NCBI GenBank assembly: GCA_964016885.1
Contig: OZ024746.1
Coordinates: 72,168,001 to 72,232,000 of the forward strand
Direction of reading: 5' to 3'
DNA from: Eledone cirrhosa
Lineage: Eukaryota
Length of the DNA stretch: 64,000 nucleotides
A program made the position numbers and the translations under genes. The notes under the pieces are model-generated. The model saw only the letters and a list, made by a program, of their open reading frames with translations. It ran no database searches and was not told where the DNA came from. Positions 54,990 to 64,000 of the stretch are shown here, piece after piece; the stretch's first letter is position 1; the number at the start of each line of letters is the position of its first letter.

Positions 54990-57900
54990 TTTATTAAAAT
55001 AACAGATTAAAGTTTAAGCAAAGAATCGCTGCTTTCACCCTTAATGGGATCTTCTGAAACTAAAAAAATCAATCTGTGAACGCAGAAGTAAATATTTCGA
55101 AAAACGTTGCAACCGAAGGAAAACAGAAAGACGATGCTTTGGTTCGTGAAGACGTTCACTGGCAATGAACGTAAAAAAGCAAAGATGAGATGTCGTTATG
55201 TGGGGCGCTGAGAACAATTACACGCAAAGACAAAACCACGTTTATGGTATAAATGGAGTCGTAGACTTATATTCTATTTAGGAAACCGAATGATTCTCGG
55301 CTTCAGAGTTAAAAATAATGTAAGTAAATTAGTAGAACTAAAATGACAGAGGTTATTAAAATCATAAAAGTAATAATAATTAAATATATACGTACATACA
55401 CGTTCATACGCGAAAACACCCGCCATGCATGCATATACATGCACGTACACATAAACACGCGCACACATACATAAACCCGCGCGACACATGTACCCGCACA
55501 CATACGAACGTATACACCAGATACACAAAAAAATATGTGTGTGTGTGTACATATAATTATATAAACGTATATAAATATACACATATGTTCACCAAACGTA
55601 CGTCAACCAAAACCCAATGTACACATATACACACCTTACATACGTGCATACACACATACACGCATACACACACAAACACAAAATACACATATACGCAGAA
55701 CCAAATACACATATACGAATATATCTAATATAATATATACACCTATAACAAATACGAGCATATATACGTACGAGAAAGTATACGTACCTTCACAAAACAT
55801 ACGGGTAAGGTATACTTACCTATACAAATAAGTAATGGTATAAACAAAATATACTTAGCTACCACATCAAGACGTAAATTATAATTTACGTCTTGATGTG
55901 GTAGCTCAGTATATTTTGTTTATACCATTACTTATTTGTATAGGTAAGTATACCTTACCCGTATGTTTTGTGAAGGTACGTATACTTTCTCGTACGTATA
56001 TATGCTCGTATTTGTTATAGGTGTATATATCATATTATATATACGGGTATATGTGTATATATGGTTATGTGTATTCCGTATTTGTGTGTGTATGCGTGTA
56101 TGCATGTTTGCACGTATGTAAGGTGTGTATATGTGTACATTGTGTTTTGGTTGACGTAAGTTTGGTGAACATATGTGTATTTCCCTGAGGTATGTGTGTG
56201 TGTGTGTGTCTGTGTGTGATAATTATCCACGTATAGTTCGTACTATCCGTTAGGGTATAATTTGGGGCTGTAATACAGGAAAGTTTTATGCAATTTGTGT
56301 TTACAAGCCGAAATTGCTTCAGATTTTTTGTTTAAGATGTGATCATTGGCGTAGAGTATTTCCAGGGCTTCAGCGGCGCAAAGATCGCATGGTCTTTTAT
56401 TTCTGTTATACGATCTAGCTTTAGCTAGGATCTCCCAGTGTAACCTATATTGGGTGTGGTTGTCTTTTAGACTCCAGATATAAGCTGAAAGTGACGTCAT
56501 ATTCCTTCTTAAAGAGGTAAGAAAAGAATGGGTGTGCATGTAAAGACGCTGCTTGAATCTATTGGCGGTTAACCCTATGTAGGCCCTACTAGACGTGGGT
56601 GTTTCGACCTTACATTTGTAGACAATGTTACTGGAGAGGCATTTCCCCGATAGAGGGCAGTCAACCCGATTCCTACAATTACAGTTAGTACTAGCTACAG
56701 GGTTGCACGTGTTCCTGCGGCTAGGTAATTTAGCTAAATTTGAAGCAGTGATATTATGTGCAAAATTAGAAGTCGTAGAGTAAGATATTTTAATGGTATT
56801 TCTATTTAAAATGTTATTATATTTATATGCTGAGGGGAAATGTTTCTTAATAAGGGAGAGAAAATCTTAGCTATTGGTGTGGCCACCTCCATATTATATT
56901 GTGTTTTATACCATATAATGCGTCGGGATCTATTTTTCCTTGGTTCATGCTCATACTTAGTGTATGCTACCTTATCGACAAATCCACTCCGAGCAAGAGC
57001 TTCATTGTAATATGTGGAATGGTCGGTGAAAATGTGGTCGTTTGTAGATAGACGGGAAAGCCCCAAAGAAACGTTTCTTACCAGGTTCTTGGTTATGCTG
57101 GCGGGATGGTTACAATGCTTACTTATTAAATTAAGCGTATCATTCGGCTTTCTATACCGGTAGTGCAAATTGAGGGTAACGTCGAGACAGGTTGGCCTCA
57201 ACCTGTATGGAGAGGTTAAAGCCTTTAAAGAAAGCTATGAGTTATTTTCTAAACCTGTCGCAAGCACGTGAACTGCACTTTTTCATGGTCAAAAGACCGT
57301 CATCGAGGTACAAACCACCGCCCACATTGGAAAATTCTTCCTTGATAGAGAAAAGAAGGAAAAGGCAGATAATATCTGTAACCTCCGCCGAATCGCTGGC
57401 GCCCATTCTCACGTCGAATGGGGTACTATTAGATTTGTTATCCAAATAGAGTCGTCGAAATTAATCACCGACTTACGGGCATTGAGGATGGCATCAACTT
57501 CGAAATCCTTAACCACCGTGAGCGTTTTAGCTAAATTGATAGCTCTAAGAAGAAGTGGTAAAGTGATGGAGGAGTAGTAGTTATTGATGTCGAATTGGAT
57601 AAAACGGCAATGTTCCTTGTTGCGTATGCCATTGAACCAATCAATCACAGGGAAAGAATCATTCCACGGTGCAAAAGGGACCAAGTTTCTAATTTCAGGT
57701 ATAATTCTATCTAAAATCCTTTTACTAAGTTTACCTAAATCAGACTTCGTAGGGTTAATTAGCCGAATAAAGTGATTGTTGGCGAAATTGGGTTTGTGAT
57801 CCTTCTGGGTAAAGTGGGGAGAAATAGGATCCAGAGGTTCAGTCCGCTCCTGGATGTTGAGTTCAGAAGTAATTTTAAACTCACCATCGTTAATGTCATT

Positions 57901-59423
57901 AATGACACTCCGATTTGTTTTCCGGTAATCCTTAGTTACAGCATTATGTGGCAGTTGGTGATAAGTACTGCGCTCCACTTGATATAGATTACTAGTTTTG
58001 TCGGAGTGGACGTGCACGGCATTAGAATTCTTAATAGAACGAATTCTATTCTTCAGGTCCTATTCCGAAAAATTTGATACTCCATATGAGTTCCAAGACA
58101 TCGTTTTCGAAGGGTAGCAATGCTGGGTTACTCGGAGGGTTATTATAAGTTTTAAACCCAAATGTATCCTGTTATTGTCCGCTTTTTCCTGGTTATCGAA
58201 ATAAAAGGCACACCAACGCAACGTTTTAAGGAAAGAATTCGTTTTTTGTATCAGAAGTTTTAGATAGGTCTTCCTGCTAGGTACGGGTGTGTTCTTTGTA
58301 GAAATATTCAGGTGTTGTTTCTGCATGATGAATATAAGTCAATAGAGTGCTCAACGGAGAGAGCCGTGAGTTTTGTGAAGGTACGTATACTTTCTCGTAC
58401 GTATATATGCTTGTATTTGTTATAGGTGCATATATTATATTATATATACTGGTATATGTGTATTTGGTTATGTGTATATGTGTATTTTGTGTTTGTGTGT
58501 GTATGCGTGTATGCGTGTATGCACGTATGTAAGGTGTGTATATGTGTACATTGTGTTTTGGTTGACGTACGTTTGGTAAACATATGTGTATTTACCTCTA
58601 GGTATCTGGTTGCGTTCGTTATATACGTATTTATGTGTGTATATTTATATACGTTTATATAATTATATGTATACACACACACACATTGTTTTATGTATTT
58701 GGTGTATACGTTCGTATGTGTGTGGGTACGTGTGTCGCGCGGGTTTATGTATGTGTGCGCGTATTTATGTGTACGTGCGCGTGTTTATGTATGCATGCAT
58801 GGCGGATGTTTTCGCGTATGCACGTGTATGTACGTATATAGATGCGTGTATTTATATATTTAATTATTATTACTTTTATGATTTTAATAACCTCTGTCAT
58901 TTTCGTTCTACTAATTTATTTACATTATTATTAACTCTTACGGGGTCGATAAAATAAAAGTACCAGTAATGCACTGGGTAATTGCTGGCCTTGTTCCAAA
59001 AAGTAGAAACTCTGAAGCCGAGAATCATTCGGTTTTCTAAATAGAATATTAATCTACGACTCCATTTATACCATAAACGTGGTTTTGTCTTTGCGTGTTA
59101 TTGTTCTCAACGCTCTACATAATGACGTATTATCTTCGCTTTTTTTTTTTCGTTTATTGCCAGGGAACGTCTTCACGAACCAAAGTATGCTCTTTCTGTT
59201 TTACTTTGGTTGCAACGTTTTTCGAAATATTTACTTCTGCGTTCACAGATTGATTTTTTTAGTTTCAGAAGATCCCGTTAAGGGTGAAAGCAGCGATTCT
59301 TTGCTTAAACTTTAATCTGTTATTTTAATAAATATTTGCTCTAGGGTTCTTATATATTTGATATATATTTATCCTTATTGAGCCCTCTTTGGATTTTAGT
59401 CTTCATATTTATTATTATTATTA

Positions 59424-59430
<7 letters not shown>
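54990..59430 (-). mobile_element. Near-full-length Penelope-like element (RT plus C-terminal GIY-YIG, frameshifted ORF 58326 to 56243) with inverted pseudo-LTRs, in an intron
   Basis: KDHKPNF..RLINPTKS, FIQFDINNYYSSI, FDVRMGASDSAEV, GLYLDDGL, LDVTLNL..YRKPN, GIY-YIG region; 58370-59330 is an inverted copy of ~55000-55800. Confidence 0.93.
59261..59311 (+). ncRNA. PLE pseudo-LTR hammerhead-like motif with U4A core; copies at 55011-55061(-), 34623-34671(+), 8619-8669(-)
   Basis: AGUUU-CAGAAGA-UCCC GUUAA GGGU-GAAA-GCAG..UUGC-UU|AAACU. Confidence 0.65.
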
Positions 59431-59511
<81 letters not shown>

Positions 59512-59620
59512 CGTTCCTCGAGCTGATCAGCAGCGAAACATTTGCACTATGTAATTAAATATGTATATGATGCAACACTGATTCTTTGTTCCCTTATGTA
59601 TTATTATTATTATTATTATT

Positions 59621-59810
59621 GGCGGTGGATTGGCAGTATCGGTAGAGGGTCGGACGCCATGCTTTGACGCATAGAGTTACGGCCCTTGCCATTCTGAGTT
59701 CGAATCCCGCCGTGGTTAACTTTGCCTTTCATCCTTACGGGGTCGATAAAATAAAGTACCAGTAATGCACTGGTTAATTGATGGCCTTGTGCCAAAAGTA
59801 GAAACAATTA
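59621..59810 (+). mobile_element. Full-length tRNA-derived SINE (~190 bp) in (TTA)n; more than 12 related copies or fragments in the window
   Basis: A-box-like tggcagtatcgg, B-box gagttcgaatccc, Deu/Nin-like core, agaaacaatta tail. Confidence 0.9.
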
Positions 59811-60479
59811 TTATTATTATTATTATTTTATTTATATATATATATATAAGGAGACTTAGATTTTGTTTCTTTTAACGATAAACTATTGTCTTTTAAGTCA
59901 GGCTCGTCGATCTAACAGCCTTCCTTTCCTCTTAGTCTTCGACAACAATATCTGGTCGATTTTCTTTAACCAAGTAAGATGGAAACTCACTGTACTTGGC
60001 TGTATATTTCTATCTATCTAGCTTAAACTTTTTGTTCCTATATTTCCAATGATATACACTGCAATCGAAAACATTTATTTCGTCAATTCATTGATGTCAA
60101 TGATTGATGCTACAGAATGATCATATAAAATACGTGTTTCAACTCACAAAGTTGGCTTAAAAACCATTGATAATTACATAAATAATATGAATAAGATGAA
60201 ATTGTATTTTAATTAATTTTTAAAGGAATCATATTTGTTGAGGAATTTAGTAAAATGGTTAACAGTTTCATCAATAAGTTGTTGAGTGGAACACAATTTA
60301 ATGAAAATGTTTGACACAAAATTATGTTGGATGATTTTAATATTTGTATAAACATGAAAAGGGAAGGTTTTACGCCATAGAATATGGACCGGGTTTGTAT
60401 TAAAAAAATTAATATTGATACAAAATCATTATGAACTGCTTGTACGAGTGTACTTTATTAATTTACTTTTTATTCACAG

Positions 60480-60510
60480 ATTCCGCAAGTGACTTTTCAA
60501 AAGTATATGT
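60480..60510 (+). CDS. BCR/ABR-like exon 14, 31 nt (IPQVTFQKYM + T)
   Basis: ttattcacag| and T|gtaagt; phase 0/1. Confidence 0.72.
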
Positions 60511-60809
60511 GTAAGTGCATGTCATATATCGCTTTCTCAGTACATCTCTCTCGACGCAATCATAAAGCCTATCTAGGACAAATGTCATTTACCATATCCT
60601 CAGGTCGACTCAAGCCTTCTGGGTGAAATTAGGTAGATGGAAGGTATGTGGAAACCAGTTAAATGGACTGTAACTGTAACTGTAATTCAAAGCTCCAGCC
60701 TTATCGCGTACTGTGCCAATGCACTGATTTGGCTGGGGATTTACCTTAGGGGTACACGTGCCTGTGGAATACTCAACCACTTGCACGAAAATTCACGTTT
60801 CGGACGTTC

Positions 60810-62830
60810 AGTTAATCGAATAACTGAATGCTCACCGGAGTCGCTGTTTCATGATCATGGTCTCGATGCTTGGCAGACAAACCCACTGCAGCACTCAGTG
60901 TCTGGTGTAGGAGACATCCATGAGATCTTGAGGATGGAGCGCAAGCATTGTTGGAAACAACGTTCGAGGCGCTGGATATGACCACAGTATGTTGCCCATG
61001 TCTCACATCCATACAGCATGGCTGTGAGTACACATGCTTGATACACTTCAACTTCTGTACGCACATTGCTATCTGACTGCGACAAGAGGGGCTTCTCCAG
61101 CTTACCAGAAGCATCGGAAGCTTTTGGCAACCGGAAGCTGACCTCTTCATCAAGGGGACTAATTCTGGATAGATTACTACCCAGGTAGACGAACTTATCC
61201 ACAAGCTTCAATATATTTCCTTTGATAGATATGGAGAGTGGAATGTATGGTTTTCGGGGGGGAAATTGCTACACCCATACTGTCTTTTTCATCTGATTGT
61301 CAGCCCAAACTCATCATACCCTGCTGAGAAGTAGTCCATCAGAAACTGAAGGTCTTCTTCCGTGTAGCTAACAAAATCACAGTCGTCTGCATAAAGAACA
61401 TCAAATGTCAGTGCAATATATGTTTTTGATGCACAAGGAATCGTCGGATGTTAAAGAGCCTTCCCGTTGTTTGATAACGTATATATATGCAAACATCGGT
61501 GTTGATGAATGCTTTTAGCACTAAAAAAAAGTTGTAGGAACTCACCATTGTCGTAAACCTAAATCCTCATGTCATCATGCAGGGAACGTATATGTCCCGT
61601 AAATTTCTCAGGGTATCCCAACTTTAAGAGAGTACTCTAAAGAGTTTGCCTATTGACGGCGTCAAAGGCCTTCGTAAGATCAATAGAGCAATTGTACAGG
61701 TCAATCTGTGGCCCCTTACATTTCTCATTCATTTGCCGCGCAGTGAAGATCATATCTGCAGTGCCCCGATATGGGCGGAAATCACACTAAGATTCCGGTA
61801 GAATGTTAAGTGCAGCGCGCAATAGTAGACGATTAAGAAGAATCCTGGCAAAGATTTTACCGATTGATAGAAAAGATATCTCATGGTAGTTGTCACAAAT
61901 ATCGTTGGGTCCCTTCTTAAAGAGGGAGACGTGAATGGCTTCCTTTCAGTCCTGTGGAACTTTATGTTATTCAACATCGTTTACTTTTTCCAGGTGATTT
62001 GCCAGTGTTCATTTGTCTTACTGCAGTCTTAAACTCTTCCAATGTGGGAGGATTGTCAAGCTTGTTAATGATGGGAGCCTGCTCCATGGCTTTAATGACG
62101 TCGGGATTGACGAGAGATGTATAGCTTAGGGGGTCGTCATAGTGTTTGAGCCATCTTGTCTTGATTTCATCAGGCTTATGCAACATTTTGTTTCCATTCT
62201 TTAATCATTGTGATGCAAAGACTGTGGTGTGTGGGTCATATGCTGTGCGCAGTTTGTGATATAATGATTTCGTATCTCGTCTTTCTGTCAAGGCTTGTAT
62301 GTGATGCACTTGATCTCGCCGCCATAAATCTTTTGTTGCTGTACACGCGCCTTACATTCTTTGAAAGCCTTTGCCAGCCGAGATTTCTCTGCATCTTCCT
62401 TGGAACATGACAAGAACTTGTCCAGGCATGTTTTCTTTTCCCTTAGAAGGCTTTCCACAAGTGTTTCATTTGCAGTAAACCAGCCCTGATAGGTTTTTTT
62501 CTGCATAACCCGAAATCAGATCCGCTGCCTCGTAAAGCTGTTTGCTGAAAAATAGACATGCATCATCACTGTTGGTGACTTCCTTTTGTTGAACTGCTTC
62601 TTGAAAATTCTTTTGTTTTACTGGACAGGCCAATTATTAAAGATTTACATGTCTCTGCACCTTGACAACGCCATGTTTCATCTTCTCCAATATACGAATA
62701 CGGAGAGTTGCTCTTAGGAGACGATGGCCCGTCCAACACGCTGCTTCTCTCATACAAAGGATAGATCTGACATCCTGCAAATCGTTACGTCTTACAATAA
62801 TATTGTGAATGATTTGCTAATTATGTGAAC
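60810..62830 (-). mobile_element. Decayed RTE (BovB-like) LINE
   Basis: GKSPG, LIDLTKAFDAVNR, LYADDCD, FVYLGS, MLYGCETW..RLERCFQQCLRSIL. Confidence 0.88.
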
Positions 62831-63016
62831 GTGGATGCATCCAGGTTCCCTTTTACTTGTTTTTCGGTCTGAACCATGTGTTTCTTATGACAAGATCCAA
62901 TTCCTGGCACACCTGCAACAGAAGTCCGTTGATATTACGCTTTCCCATTCCATGACGACATACATACATTCATACATACATACATACATACATACATACA
63001 TACATACATACATACA

Positions 63017-63047
<31 letters not shown>

Positions 63048-63096
63048 TTCATTAATCCATTATAAACCATATTGATGTATCTTTGTATGTCCACAG

Positions 63097-63171
63097 CGAA
63101 CCCGTTCAGCTATTTAGACGGCGTACTGAAAGTTCATGTACACCAAGTGAGAGAGCTAGAGATGAATATAG
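63097..63171 (+). CDS. BCR/ABR-like exon 15 (SNPFSYLDGVLKVHVHQVRELEMNI; C2 strand 1)
   Basis: gtccacag| and G|gtttgt; G.L.V.VH C2 signature. Confidence 0.85.
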
Positions 63172-63957
63172 GTTTGTTATTCCATTATATTCCTTCATTC
63201 TCATGAGCTATCAATTTCTCCTCTCATCATTTGTGGATAAATCTTTCCTCTTTATTATATTACAGACATAAAATGTATTGTAAAGTTGTATTGATCACCG
63301 GATAAAATATCTTGTGTTATTTAGTGGCGTTTCTTTATAATTTAATAGAGTTAGGAATTGACAGAGTCGTTAGGGAGACGGATTGAATTCCTTGCAGCAT
63401 TTTCCCCGGTTCTCTGTTCTCTCTGAGTTCAAATGCCATCGAGCTGGGCCATCTTTGCCTTTCATTCTTTCAAAGACAATAAAAATAATACAAGTCGAGG
63501 GAACAGGAATTGTTAAAAAGTCTGACTAGAAGATCTGTGGTATTTGTCCCTGCTCTAAGCGTTATGAGTTCAAATTCCGGCACTTTCTTTCAAGTGTTGT
63601 GAACAGCAGATAGTTCCGGATGGAAAGATCAATGGAAACATAGTCTCGTTGGTCTTATCGGACGATTAGCTTCTTTTTTTTCGCACTGAAGGGGACTATG
63701 TTGTTCGTTTTTCGAGAGGCTCAGTAAATTAACGTACTAAAAATGTCAATCTATTTATCTTTCGTTTGTCGGTCTTTCTAGCTAGATAGATATATTGATG
63801 GATTGATGGATAGATAGATAGATACGTGTATGAGGGTTGTATATTTTGAATGTCTGCGTCTGTGTGCAAGCATATTACTGCGTTCTACTTTTACTGTTTA
63901 CCTAGGTAGGCAATTATCTATCAAACACATTTTACTCTCCCTCTCACACTTTCTATT

Positions 63958-64000
<43 letters not shown>

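Overview
AT-rich, microsatellite-saturated animal genomic DNA. The repeat content (Deu/Nin-core tRNA SINEs, RTE LINEs, Penelope-like elements in (TA)n) suggests a cephalopod such as Octopus; this is inference. Two host genes can be read by hand-splicing. (1) A minus-strand PRD-class Q50 homeobox gene, split by the classic phase-0 intron between homeodomain residues 46 and 47 (exons ~16280-16431/16468 and 12845-13885). (2) A plus-strand gene of at least 15 exons (27081 to 63171, probably continuing past the window), largely missed by the ORF track, encoding a highly divergent BCR/ABR-type DH-PH-C2 protein whose DH domain lacks the usual GEF residues. The rest is mostly transposon debris: tandem Tx1-like LINEs, several RTE-type LINE relics, an RLE-type LINE end, two copies of a GIY-YIG Penelope-like element (PLE) with inverted pseudo-LTRs, and many SINEs. 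The most striking non-coding signal is about 11 structurally complete type I hammerhead ribozyme (HHR) motifs plus core variants. Several sit in palindromes that put a ribozyme on both strands, inside introns of the BCR/ABR-like gene. All folds and gene models were derived by eye and need computational confirmation.
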